Shown piece after piece: positions 12,315-24,800 of a DNA stretch of 64,000 nt (positions are counted from its first letter, which is position 1; every line of letters starts with the position of its first letter). The translations under genes were made by a program, and so were the position numbers. This DNA comes from Lama glama (lineage: Eukaryota): positions 19,656,001 through 19,720,000 of the forward strand of contig CM052818.1 in assembly GCA_028534125.1 (NCBI GenBank). Reading direction: 5' to 3'. The notes beneath the pieces are model-generated. The model worked only from the letters and a program-made list of their open reading frames with translations, had not been told where the DNA came from and made no database searches.

Positions 12315-14359
12315 GGGGCAAAGGGGATGAAGGCAGTGAGACTCCACATGGCCCACCTGAATTCACCTCTTCCAGGAGTCTAGAAGGAGAGAGAGTCGGA
12401 TTTGTGAATAGCCCCCATGTGTCTTCCACACATAACCAGAGCACACAGCAGGTAGGAGTTTTCTGGTGCAGCCTCTGTTTGCCTTAGGAATTCTGAGAAG
12501 GGAGGCAGCACCATGGCTGGATTCAGGGAAGTCTTCCTGGAGGAGTTGTGATCCAAGGTTAGTCTTGAAGGACAGCTTAGCTTAGGCCCTACTGACAGGG
12601 ACAGAAAGAGGATGAGATCAGAGGGAGCGGCCTGGGATGGTAGATTTGGAAGGAGACCAGTTCTGGCGGATATAGGGTCCTGTACCCACATCACCTTCCA
12701 CACTTGGTCTCTCCAAGCTCCAGGACTCACAATGGGGAGGGAAGAAAAGGGCTGGGCTGGGGTGGAGCAGACATGAAGAGGAGATCAGGAGAAGAGACAG
12801 GCGGAGTTCCCTCTACCTTGTCCTCAGTCACAGGCCCCAGTGCCCACCACTGGGTGGGCCCTGCCACACCCGCGCTTCTCTCCAGGGAAGGGAAGTTGCC
12901 AGAGAGAGGGTGTTGGGCTAGATTTGTGGCTGCCCCATCTGTGCCTTGCTGATTCTCCTCTGGCCAATGGGCCGCAGGGCCCCACAGTCAGGTCATTCCC
13001 AGAACCAAAGAAAAGAACTTACTAGAAATAGAGACAGAGGGAGCGGTGGGTCCTAGGTTGCTCTGCTGGTCAGCCAGGAAAAATAGTGACTGAGGGGCTT
13101 TCTGTATGATTCTATGTAGTGAATAGCAAACCGGAGGGATCTGGAGAGAAGGGAAGACAGGGCCTTGCTTGCGGAAGTCCCTGTCTGGAGGAGATATGGC
13201 CTTTACCTTCAAGATAGCCATAGGCAGTGCCTTTGGAGCATCCCTGATCTGAAAGGGAAGATGGAATTTCTCCCCGTCCTGTTTCCTATCCTTCATAGCA
13301 ATTAATAAACCTTGGGAACCCAAGGTGGACAGAGGAGCCTCTGGACTTCACCCCTCCCACTGCGGCCACTCACAAGAGAAGCCTTATCTGTCAGATTGTT
13401 GCAAGGAATAAATGAGCCCCTTGATGAGAAAATGCTAAATAACAAAAACCACATTAATGATAGATCATTTAAAAACCAGGGCCTACAGATTGCTTGGTTT
13501 GATGTCAAGGCCCTCAGGGTGTTTTAAAGACTGGCCCTCTCCCTCCCTGACAGGTGGTCGTCCCAGGCCTATCCCTGGGAGCAGGGCCAGCTTAGGGGAG
13601 GACGCAGGCCCAGAGGGCAGAGGTGAGGAATAAAAGAAAGGCCTCAGGACTGCTGTGCTGGGGTTGGGGAGAGCGGGAGGGGATGGAGAGGAATCCTGGG
13701 AACTGGGAAAGAGAAAAGGGCACAGCACTTCCTGGGATGAAGTCGACGGAAGGCGGTCCAGTAACACGTCCTTGGGTGGGAAGTGATGGAACAAAGTTAT
13801 AGTACCAGGAGGCAGAAATCTTGTATATTGACCCTGAGGACCGTGGCAGGAGACGGAACTTGCATAGAAACGTGTGCATTTCGGATCCACAGGGGCAGAC
13901 GAAGAAAAGAAATGGTGAACATGAAAGCCTGGGGCAGAAGCCTGACCTCTCCAGCCTCAAGATCAGGGGTGCTCCCTCCTCCCTGCCTGGAGACAAGCTC
14001 ACAAATGTCATAGAGGGGCTGTGGATGTGGCAATTGGGAAGGTGGGGCTGAGGCAGGAAGAGGGGTTGGCCTGAGAAACAGAGAGGGGGATCCAGGCTTT
14101 GGAAATGAGGTTCATAGTCACTCTGTGGACCAGACACAAGGGTCAGCCTTTGCTCCCACCCCCTACTCCTACCTTGCCAACAAACTGTACGTTTTCAGCA
14201 ATGGCTCACCCAGGAAACATCAGTGGGGGAGTAGGGGAGGCTGGCCTTGGGTCTGGCCATGAAGGGGGGTGGTCTTTACCCCTGTGTAGACCCCCTGGTG
14301 AGCCAAACACCAGGACTCCAGTGCTCAGGCTTCACAAAGGAGAACCAAGGCCCATGATA

Positions 14360-14560
14360 ATAATAATATAGCTGTTCACCGTTACCTAGTGCTTGGCTCT
14401 GCTCTAAGTACATTGTGGCTGGAAGTCCTCACCACAGCCCTGCTATTACCATCCCCATTTTACAGATGCGAAGGCAGGCACAGAGAGGTGAAGGAACTTG
14501 CCCAATGTCACAGGGCAGAAGGCAGGCAGCTAGATTCCAAGCCTGACAGTCCTGCTCCTT
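14360..14560 (-). mobile_element. MIR SINE
   Basis: 'tattaccatccccattttacagatgcgaaggcaggcacagagaggtgaaggaacttgcccaatgtcaca'. Confidence 0.8.
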
Positions 14561-15403
14561 CCAGCCTGTGCTCCAAGCCCAACTGATCTGATGGAACATT
14601 TTCCCATTGAGTATCCTTAACTTGCAGCAGATGCTGCCAAACTCAGGCCAGGCGCTGTGATGGGGCTCTGGGATCTGCGTCCTGGGCTCAGAGGGGGAGA
14701 GGCCAGTCGGGCAGAGGGGTCTCCGGAGTCTGAGGGCTGGACAGGGCCTGGGCCCAAGGGTGGGGGTAGGGTCGGGGTGGGGTGGGGAATAGGGTGGGCA
14801 GGGTTAAACTGAAAGCAAATGCAGGCCAGTTTGGTCTATAAACAAATAACAGTGAGCCACAGTGGGACAGACATATATCCAGGAGACAGCCCTGCTTTGC
14901 TTTTTTCGGGGGGATATGTGTTTTGAGTAAGTTGCCAGAACACCCTGAACCAGGCCAGAGGAGGGTGGGCTCTGGGCTGCTCCTGACGGATGCCTACCCG
15001 GGCCCCCATGGCCCAGTGTCAGAGATGGCTGAACACACTATGAGTTCCAAAGTAGAAAAAAATTCACCTAGCCCACTGGAGTAGGGGCGCTGGCAGGGGA
15101 AGGGAAGGAGCCCCTCAAGCTCAGGCAGGTGCAGCCCTTCAGAGGGGACTCAGGGGGTCTTCTGAGGGTTGGCCAAAGAGGCTGGAGAGGTGGGCTCCAG
15201 GCCTCGCCTTGCCCCTGCCCTGGGGGGACCTCGGCAGGTCGCAGCCCCTCTGAGCGCAGCAGCGCCCTGGGTGCACAGACTCCAGCTCCTGCTCTTGGCA
15301 GGACTGCTTTTATCTCTGGGACACCTTCCTGGGAGACCTGCTTGAGCACTAGCCTCCTGCTGGCTTCCGTGGGCAGGAGCACCCCTGACACCCGTGTTCT
15401 AAA

Positions 15404-15596
15404 CGGGGATTTCTCAGCCTCAGCATCATCGACTTTTGGGGGCTGAAGAATTCTGTGTTGTGGGGACCCATCCGGTGCATTTCAGGGTGTGTAGCAGCAT
15501 CCCCGCCTTCTACCCCTTAGATGCCGCTAGCACCCTTGTCACAACGACCCAAAATGTCTCAGGACTTTGACAAATTGTCGCTGTTGAGAACCACAG
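15404..15596 (+). mobile_element. MER20 (hAT-Charlie)
   Basis: 'ttctcagcctcagcatcatcgacttttggggg...agcagcatcccc...tagatgcc...aaaatgtctc...gttgagaaccac'. Confidence 0.85.
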
Positions 15597-16039
15597 GTCT
15601 AAGGGGAGAACTGAGGTCCAGAGGAGCCTAGGGATGAGCAGTTGCTGGACTGGCAGGACTTTGGGTGGGTCCGTTCATCTCTCCCCAGGTTCTTGACTTT
15701 CCGCCTCTTGTCATGGGAGCCAGAACTCTGGGCCTGGAGACAGAGGAAGGAGAGAGGTTGTTTGAGACCAAAAAAGCTGTTTTAACTTGGGTTGGGCAGG
15801 CTGGGGTCACAGACTCTCCCCCCAGGAGAGCACTAGGAGGGAGGCTCGTGGGCAGGGAAGGTGTTGGGGAGCCCAGGTTTGCTTCCTTTGAGAACAGCTT
15901 CACTGGGTGTGCAGAAGTGATGCCGCCTGCGGCATGAAACACAGCTAACTGGTTTCTGGCATCTTGGCCGACCTTCCTCCCAGCCATTTCTGATGTTTCC
16001 GCTCCCCGGGGTGGCTGTTGATTTCCCACCCATCATATG

Positions 16040-16280
16040 GCGTCCAGTCCTCCTTGCTTCTTACTGGGCTGTTGCAGTAGCTCCCAATAGCTTTCCCTGC
16101 CTCCACTCTCTCACCCATCCACTCCTACCCTGCTGTACCCTGATCTGTCCTCCACACTACAATGTTTTTTTGTTGTTGTTTTTTGTTTTTAGAAACAGAC
16201 CTTTATATCATATTCTCCTGCCTGAAACCCTTCAATGGCTCCCTATGGCCCTCAGGATAAAGACTGATATCTTTAGGCCA
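16040..16280. mobile_element. L2 LINE fragment
   Basis: 'ttgcagtagctcccaatagctttccctgcctccactct...cctgcctgaaacccttcaatggctccctatggccctcaggataaa'. Confidence 0.65.
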
Positions 16281-18084
16281 TCCACTAGGCCTAAAGGGAG
16301 TCAGGGTGTCCGACAGCAGATCCCCACAGTGGCCAGGACCCCTCCTGCTCTGTGCGGAGAAGGTGCCAGCACTGAGGCCAGGCAGTTGAGAGTCAGGAAG
16401 TTTGTCAGAGGCGAGGAGCCAGGATTTACAACAGGAACTACTGTTTCCTGAGAACATTGTGTTCCTGGAGGCCTCCCCTCCTCTCTCTTCAGAGCCCCAT
16501 CCGCCCCAACACTACTCCACATGGTCACCTATTACTGCGGGTTCAGCCTCTACTTCAAAACCAGCATCCCAGCCACATCCTCCCTGCTGAGGACCCACCC
16601 CACATTCCCACTGGCCAGCTGGACCTTGGCCTTGGCTGTCACATCGTCACCCCAAAGACCAAAGGCCTGAAATCTCTGGTCTTCTGAGTGACACATGGCG
16701 GCCTGTCAGAGCTGCCTTGGTGTCATGAGAGCTTGTACTACAGGACAGGGAAGAATCTGATCTAAGTTCAGGTGCTTTGTTAAAAGCTCCAAAGGGTGCA
16801 AGACACATGCTCCCTCCCTTTCTCCATCACCGCTGCTCCTCCTCTCCCCGTAATCTGTCCTCTGACCCCTGGTGTCTCCATTTTTCTTGGACTTGTCCCC
16901 TTATTAAGTTAAATGCTGTTGGGGTTGGTGGGGGTCCCATGTCAGGGAAGTGTATGGGCTTTTCGGCGGCACACTCCCAAGGGTCAAAGACATACCCTTT
17001 CTATCTGCAAAGGACCAAGGTCACAGGCCACCTTCCTTTTTCTCCTTGTTTCTTTTTTTCTTTTTTCCCCCAGTATTGCTGCCACCACCCACTCTCGATG
17101 TCACAGTGAGACTGAGATGGCCAGAAGATGGATGTCAGTTCAGAGGACCCAGAAGTACTCAAATATTTCCCCACCTCCCAGCCTCTCACAGAAAGAGGTC
17201 AAGAAAAGTAATAGGATTCTGTGTTGCTGGCTGGAGCTTTGACCCCAAACCTAGGAACCAACACAGGACCATCTTTTTCCTCAGAGTCTGGCCCCAGAGC
17301 CATAGGCCAGAGAGCCTCTTTCTCCCAAGGCCACATGCGAGTCTCGGGGAAGCAGAGGCTGGCACGGAAGGAGCGGGGGTGTGACGGATGTGCAGGCCAG
17401 TGTGGCCCAGGTGGCCTTCCCGGGAACAGACTCAGACTCACCTTGTCTGCAAGGAGCAGGCTTTGGGGGGAGTGGGGCGGGGGAAGAAGAGCCCCCTGGG
17501 GCTCCTTGCAACAAGTGGGAGAAAGCTCTGCCCTGAGGGCACGCGGCCCCGCGTCTCTCCTCCCTGGACTCAGCCCTCCGCTGGGCACCACTGTGGCCTG
17601 GCCCGCAAGGCCCCGCACCCTAGTGCCCCGAGTCCTTTAAACAGGCACAGGGAGCCCACCCGCTAGTGCTCGAGCCCACTGACATCCTTGAATTGGCCTG
17701 GAAGGGCAGGGGGAAGGGACAGAGAGAGCTTTTTTCCTCTCCAGGCTGAGGGCCACACCTGCACCACCCCACCCTGCCCTGACTGGCTGCCCCTGCCCTC
17801 AACCTGCTTCCTCGGGGCACCCCTGGAGACCGTTTCCTTTTACCAAGTTTCCCAGGATCGCTGTGGAGCACCAGGAGACAGACAGTAAAAGCCACAGACA
17901 TGGAAAGTCGTGAAGGTTCTGCAGACCGTGCCTTTTTCCCTCACGAGCCCCAGGAGGCCTGCTGACCTCTGGCACTGTGGCATTGTGTCCTTATTGGGTG
18001 ATGTCCCTTTCCCACATCTCAGATTTCTCCAGTTGCCCCAAACACCTACCCCACAAATTACTCAGGTAAAATGGAGTTGCAAGA

Positions 18085-18540
18085 CAGTTGGTATAGCGAA
18101 AAAGTGGGCCCAGTCAGATATGGGTTGCAATCTCTGTTCTCCCACTTCCTGGCTGTGAGACCTTGGACCAAGTTCCTAGCTCCTTGGGCCTGGCTTTGCT
18201 CATCTGCAGGACGTGGGTGCTACCTTCCAGGGTGGCTGTGAGGATCACTACAATTCTTCTCTGAGACAACCTGCATCGTGCCTGGCAGTGTGAGATGCTC
18301 ACTCTAGACTAGAAAACACCCGTGATGATAGTGATGGAAGTGAACATTTAGAGAATGCCTACTACACGCCAGGTCCTATGCTATGGACTTAAGTCCAATC
18401 CTATTTAATCCAAGAATAGCTCTATGGGGTAAGTACTATCATTATCCCCATTTTAGAGAAGGAACTTGGGATACAGAGAGATAAGTAACTTGCTCAAGAA
18501 GCAGAGCCAGGATTCAAACCCAGAGACCTGGACTCCAGAG
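18085..18540. mobile_element. Two adjacent MIRs in opposite orientation
   Basis: Plus-strand MIR ('ggctgtgagaccttggaccaagttcc') followed by minus-strand MIR ('attatccccattttagagaaggaact...ggattcaaacccag'). Confidence 0.7.
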
Positions 18541-19399
18541 TGGTTACTTTAGGAAGGGGCAGTGAGTAGGGGCAGGAGTGAAGCTGGGGTACCAATCAAA
18601 CATGGCTCAGAGGTTTGCCTGTTCTTAAAGATGGGAACCCTCTGAAACATCTAGTAAAGATCTCTTGAGGGAGGCAGTCCCCTTGACTTCAGACACTGCT
18701 GACTGAGTCATCCTTGCTGGGTATTGGGTGGGGAGAGCCACCTCTCCTGTCTTAGAGTTTCTGTGGAAAGAGATCACCTAACTTCTTGCCCAACTCTGAT
18801 GCATCCCAGGCCAGCCCAAGACCCAGCCAACTAGGGGGGTGGGTGGTGAGGTGGAGAGCAGGGCCTGGGATCTCAGAATGTGGAGAGAAGGGTCCTTTGC
18901 AGCACTCATGCTGGGGATCTGAGCCAGAAGCTGGGATCGCAGCGCAGCTGACTTGCAAAGCGTATCTGTTGGCATGCGGTCCATGTGAAGGAAAGCTTGT
19001 AATTGTAGCCATAAATCAAGTGCACACAGAAGACAAACTGTCAGACTTTGGGGAGTTATTTTGTACAGAAGAGGTGGAAAAATGCAGCTGTGGTGTGAGA
19101 GCTGGGCTGGCAGAGATGGGACTCAGGGGGTCACCATGGAGTGGAGGGGGGAGCCCTTGCTCCAGGAAGCTATTGCTGTGGCCCGCACTTTTGGGATGAC
19201 AAAACAGCCAGTTCCCCAGAGAAGGAGGCCTTTCAGCATAGGGGCTGTCCTGGGGGACAACTGGGAACAAGCCCAGCTTATCTTTAGCCCTCTTGTTCTC
19301 CTCTCTGTGGATCTGAGTTCCGGCCAGGCCACTTACAGCTCTGTGCCCTTGGGCAAGATGTTTAAAGGGAAATGACTACACGGATTTGGTGCCTGCTAT

Positions 19400-19930
19400 A
19401 TGCCAGCTCCTTGAGTTGGCTTCCACTGGAGTGTAGCTTCTTTCCTCACTAACAGAACCTGACTTAACACTTAAAGCGTCCGCTTTCCCCCAGGCAGCCT
19501 TGTTCCTCAGCCCAGGCTGGGCCCATCCTTGGCTCAAGGTGGGTCCTGATTGGTTCAAGCCAATCATGGTGGTTCCATTCCTCTTGCCTGTGATTGGCTT
19601 AGGCATGGACATGTGACCTAATTCTGGCCAATGAGATATAAGGGGGAAGTCTACTAGGGGTGTTTCAGAAGAAGATTTCTCATCTCATTCTCACAGGAGG
19701 AGATCTCACCTGTTCCTCTGGATATTGTGCCTAGACCCACTGTAAGGATCTAGTTAACAGCCTGAGGCTGACAACAGTACTAAGGATAGCTGATAGGTGG
19801 AAAGAATCTGCGGCCTCAGTGATGTCACTGAGCTGCTAAGTTAATCCTTGCTGGAGCCCGCCTACCTTGTGGTTTCTTGTTACGTGAGATTGTTTAAGCC
19901 ACTCTGCATTGTGTTTTCTGTTAACAGTAG
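19400..19930. mobile_element. MLT1J-like MaLR LTR
   Basis: 'tgattggttcaagccaatcatggtggttccattcctcttgcc...catgtgacctaattctggccaatgagatataagggggaagtct...gtttaagccact'. Confidence 0.75.
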
Positions 19931-20445
19931 TTAATTGTCCCCACCACTTTCCAGCTTCACTGAAAAATGAGTAGAATTATGTTCTTTTCCCCATGTTGGA
20001 GGGTCCCCTCACTGGGTTTCTTGGTCCCTGTGATGTCATTCTCTTAACTTTTTGTATAGCAAGTCACTCCCTCAGGTGCAAACTCATTCCTGGGGTGTTC
20101 AAGTAACAACCACTTTGCCCCTCCAACTCAAGCCATTTTCCTGGACAAGGCTCATTAACGGCAGGTGCGTTCTCTCAGGCAGCTATAAAGCGATCTTAGG
20201 AAGTGCCTGTCCCATGATTGTCTCTCATGGAATATGTGCTATGAATTAGAATTATGAGATATTTTACACGCAAGCTTGTGTTGGGCAATCCTGGTGAATT
20301 ATTAAGTATCTACTGTCTAGTATTAGTATTGGAATGTCTTGTGCTTTCTGAGTGTGTATGAGATGAGGACTGAAAACTCCACAGATGTCTGCTGGAGATC
20401 TCTGGCTTTCTAATAAGGGACAATGTCAAAACTGCCCCCACCTGG

Positions 20446-20795
20446 GAGACAATCCAGAGGCAGACTTGATGTCCTCACCTCATCAAGCCAAGAATGGCAG
20501 CTCCACAGGGACTCTGGGGTAGAAGTGACGGGTGAGGGCCATTTAAGGCAGCTCCCCTCTGAACTGTTCCCTGCGTGTGCCCCACGTGGAGATGGAGTCC
20601 AGGGCTGTCATATGCAAGAAGGAGGCAAGTGTGCACGGCACACTTGGACCCCTCTCTTCCGATGGTGGTTATAATATCTCAAGGGAGCCACCTGCCCTCA
20701 TCCACTGTATTCCCCTGGGGTCTCCCTGCCCCAACATCTGTTCCCTGAGATAGATTAAGCTGTTTCTTCTGAAAAGTCTGCCTCTGGATTGTCTC
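20446..20795. repeat. Perfect 22-bp inverted repeat with 306-bp spacer
   Basis: gagacaatccagaggcagactt (20446-20467) is the exact reverse complement of aagtctgcctctggattgtctc (20774-20795). Confidence 0.95.
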
Positions 20796-21203
20796 GTTTT
20801 AGACTAAAACAACCTAAACATGGTGGTAAAGAAAAGTTTGAAAAAAAAAATCAGCTACCATCTTGCCAAACATTGTTATTTTTTCTATTTTCTCCCAATC
20901 TTGGTCCAAGTGGTGGCCTACTTTTACCATACCATCCTGTGTCCTACCTGTAAACCTGGTGGCAAAAGCCAGGCTACCCATCCTTGTGATACATTTAATC
21001 AAGCCCCCTCCCAGGTCGGGGATACCCTCTGCCTGCCCCTCCAGGTTCACGTTCCACCTCTCCTCCCTGGGGGCTGACCTGTATGGACCACGCCCACTTG
21101 CTCTCACATCCTCTGGCTTTCAGTGGGGTTTGGCCAATTTGTGGGGCAGAGGGGGTTGGTGCACCAGCTAGAGCTTATCAAGAAGGAGGAGGGTAAAGTT
21201 GGG

Positions 21204-21390
21204 TATTCATTACGTTCCTTTGCTAGGGCTGCCGTAACGGAAGACCACAGGCTGGGTAGCATAAACAACAGAAATTTCTTTCTCACAGTTCTGGAGGCTA
21301 GAAGTCCAAGCTCAAGGTGTCAGCAGGTTGGGTTTCTTCTGAGGCCTCTCTCCTTGGTGTGCAGATGGCCACCTTTCCACTGTCTTTTCC
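21204..21390. mobile_element. MLT1A/B-like MaLR LTR fragment
   Basis: 'agggctgccgtaac...accacaggctgggtagcataaacaacagaaatttctttctcacagttctggaggctagaagtccaag'. Confidence 0.8.
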
Positions 21391-21496
21391 TGGGGTCTCC
21401 CCCCTCTGCACTCCTGCTCCCCAGGGAGATAGAGGGAAAAGAGAAGGCATAGGTGAGATTTGAGGTGGGAAAAGAAAGGGTCACAAAGGTCATTGT

Positions 21497-21610
21497 CAGG
21501 GTGTGGTATATCTCAGTAGTACAGTGCATACTTAGTATGCACGAGGTCCTGGGTTCAATCCCCAGTATCTCCATTAAAAAAATAATAAAAAAAAAGAATG
21601 TTTTTTTAAA
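21497..21610 (+). mobile_element. tRNA-Ala-derived SINE (vic-1 type)
   Basis: 'ggtatatctcagtagtacagtgcatacttagtatgcacgaggtcctgggttcaatccccagtatctcca' plus A tail; TSD aaaggtcattgt at 21485-21496 and 21611-21622. Confidence 0.85.
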
Positions 21611-23479
21611 AAAGGTCATTGTGCATGTGAAACCATTATAATATAAATCAACTATACCTAAATTTTTTAAAAAAGGTCCTTGTGTGGCTGATGTGGGTGC
21701 CCACCTTGTGCATTTCCAGGGAGGTCCAGCTGAGTGGAGCACAAACTTGGTCCTTCTTGGCCTCAGCTTCCCACAGCAGTGGTGACGCAGCCCTCACATG
21801 GAAAAGCTGCTGGCAGTGGGAGATCAGGGACAGTTTTGAGTCATCTAGTGGGGCTCCTCCCTCATGAGACTGCGCAAACAGGCTTCCTTGTGAAACTATC
21901 CACTTGGGTGCAGAATTGCAGGGATGAACCGTTGTCCCTGTTCATGCTTCCAAGTGACAGAGAACAGCAGTGATCCCAAAGAGGAGGGTTGCAAATAAAT
22001 CATAGGGGAAAAGGGGCTCACAGCCAGCTGGGACCATGCAGAGGCCCAGGGCCAAGTGGCTTAGGGAGAGAGCCAGGGACGGGGCACCATTTCTTCAGAC
22101 CTAACAGTGTTATTAAAAGAATCTCATAAGAATAATAATATCAGCCATAATGAGAACAGTCACAACAGGAAGGTAGCACCTCATGCCTTATCCAGTCAAC
22201 TGATATTCAGAGTCCTTCCTGAGTACCAGTTATGTGCTCGTCACCCAGCATGGAAGCAGACAAGTCCTTGTCCTCATGGCATTTACATCCATCGTGGAAT
22301 CAAGAGAGCTTACAAATACATAATCACATGGAGATTATGGCAGTGTTTAGGGGAGCGCTGACTAGGTACTAAGCAAGCACTGTTCTCTACCTGTCTCACC
22401 ACATCCTTACAACATATCTGTGTGGCAAGTGTGATTATCCCACTTTCCAGATGAAGAAATGGACTCACCGAAAGATGAAACCCCATGACTTCAGACATAG
22501 GTATATAACTGGACATGGAGAGGGAGGGACCTGAGTTATCAACCGCCTTTCTATAGTTCTGGGAGAGGGGGCTCAATGTGACACAACGGTGAGGAGGACA
22601 GACTGCCTGTGGAGGTGCAGGGGGTATGTGATTGTCCCGGCGGGGCTATGCAAGTCACATGCAGGTTGCCAGACCCAGGCGCTAGGAACCCGCAGGTAAG
22701 TCTGGTGCATTGGATTGTGTTCAGGGCTCTTTCTGCCCCATTGCCTATCTCGGAGCCAGGGACCTGTTCTCTGCACAGCACAAGCGCAGGTCAGAGATCC
22801 TCACTGGACTGTGGGCTGACAAGGGGTTTTCTTGCCGAGGGCATTTGCTTTCTGTAGGAGATGCCTGAAGACCTGGTACATCTTGGGTGTGAACTGAAGT
22901 CTTGATGTGGGAGGGGGCAGGGCATCTGGGACAGAAAGGAATAGCTGGTGGGACAGAGTCCATGGACACTGGAGAGAGGAACATCAGGGGAAGGTGAGCA
23001 GGCTTTGAAGTGTCAGCATGAGGCCCTGAGTTTATCCTGTGTCCAAGGGAGCCATCAGAGGTTTAGGCTGGGCTGACCTGCCAGAGAAGCACTGGTGCAG
23101 GCTTGGCTGCAGGCCTGGGACCCCCAGCCTGCGGTGGGGTGGGAGAGATGGGGAGATCTGGGCTAACCCGGGGGCTGCCTGTTAAAGAGTCTGATGGCCC
23201 TGTCCCTCCCAAAGGCTGGCCCACCTGCCCTGAGCTGCCTACCTGCCAGCTCTTGGGGACCACCAATCTTCCCTGCAGGGAACTGCTTTCTTTTGAGTTT
23301 TTTACAACATGACTGAAAAGAGGAGACTCTTAAGTACCATGGAGAACCGCATCTGTTTGGCTCTGGAATTTGAGGGAATGGCTAATCACCCTCAAGAGTC
23401 AGGGAGGCATTACTACCTGTAATTATCCACCTGGTATAAAAGGGCCCCAGGCTCTCTGACCGCAAGAGAAAGGATCTCC

Positions 23480-23650
23480 TTGTTGGCTGCACCATTGCAT
23501 CACCTGGGAAACCTACAAAAAGTACTGATGCCTGAGTCCCATCTCTGGGGGTTCTGATTGAGTTGGTTGGGGGTGTAACCAGGCATCGGGATTTTAAAAA
23601 GCTCCGCAGAGGATTCTAGAGCGTGACCGGAGCTGGGAACCCCTGCCCTA
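23480..23650 (+). mobile_element. MER5A1-like DNA transposon
   Basis: 'ggctgcaccattgcatcacctggg...actgatgcctgagtccc...ttctgattgagttggtt...ggcatcgggattttaaaaagctcc'. Confidence 0.75.
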
Positions 23651-24393
23651 CAGTGTTCTGCAGCCCTTTAGTCAGGAGTGACCCTGAAATCGACAAAACC
23701 TCCCCAAATCAAAGTGCTTCCTGGAGACTCCAGGGGCTGACTCTTGCTGTTTGAGGTAATTGTAACACTCAGTATCTTGAAATGCCCTGGGGTCCTGAGA
23801 GGAAGAGTTCGCCTTTCTCACTAGAAGCTTCTGAGGCCTGACACTGAGAGGGCCCTGTCCTGAGTGCCAGTCCCCTCCCGGCCATCACAACTATTCCTGC
23901 CTGCCCTGAGGCACAATTCTCATCCCAATCTGCCTCCCAAACCAAATTTTTTCCTTTTGACAACAATTAAAGATAAATTTTTTAAAAAATCACCTAAGAA
24001 GACATGTGTAACCCACTGGAAATTTCAAGGCAGTGAGTCATACTCCTGGGCCCCCCTCAGATTCTTATGTAAGGTTGAGTCACTTTTTGTGAGGTCCGTG
24101 CATAGCAGAAGATAATTGGAAGGCTCTCAAGATGTGTGTGTGCGTGAGAGAGAAAGAGCGCGCGCGCCAGAGATGTCATTTGCACGTTTAAGAGACTGGC
24201 AGTAACTCTGAATTAACTTCAGAGATTCTTCATCCCCTCCCTCCACTACCGGGGGACACAGATGAGAGATAATCAGGAGAGACCGTGGGCGTGGTGAAGC
24301 TGGCAGGGAAATTCACTCGGAGAAGCCCCCGACTTCCCTGGAGGTGTCCCCCGCATCACCATGGGCCTTACTCTTTTCTCCTAACTTCTCTAG

Positions 24394-24655
24394 CTGTGCT
24401 GTCCAATAAAGAACCCACTAGTCACATGCGACTGGGGAATACCTGAAACGTGGCTCATCTGGATTGAGATGTGCTGTAAGGATCACGTACAGATGGGATT
24501 CTGAAGACTTAGTACGAAGAAAAGAATGTAAAATATCTCGATCATTTTCTATATTGATTTGAGGTTGAAATGACAGTATTTTGGATATATTGGGCTCAAT
24601 AATGTTAATTAAAATGAATCTCATTAAAATTAATCTCACCTGTTTCTTTTTACCT
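24394..24655 (+). mobile_element. MER33 (hAT-Charlie), 5' part
   Basis: 'ctgtgctgtccaata...cactagtcacatgcgact...gattgagatgtgctgtaag...gaagacttagtacgaagaaaagaatgtaaaatatctc'. Confidence 0.8.
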
Positions 24656-24800
24656 GCGTTCCTACTCCCAGTGCCACTGAGATGAAAATAAAGGGCCAAA
24701 GACAACAGAACTGACAGCAGCGACAGGAACTAAGAAGACAAAAATCAGATCTGGGAGAGGGTCACAGACTTTACAGACCAGATGACATTGAATCTGACAT

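Noticed and set aside
13592..14137. 181-aa ORF (longest in the track)
   Set aside because: Pro/Ser/Leu/Phe-rich translation of a pyrimidine-rich strand with no homology recognised
17330..17680. CpG island promoter
   Set aside because: Only a short, modest CpG enrichment with no associated exon or ORF evidence
23431..23478. Resemblance to the growth hormone gene TATA region
   Set aside because: Only the TATA flank is similar; a MER5A1 follows and there are no GH exons
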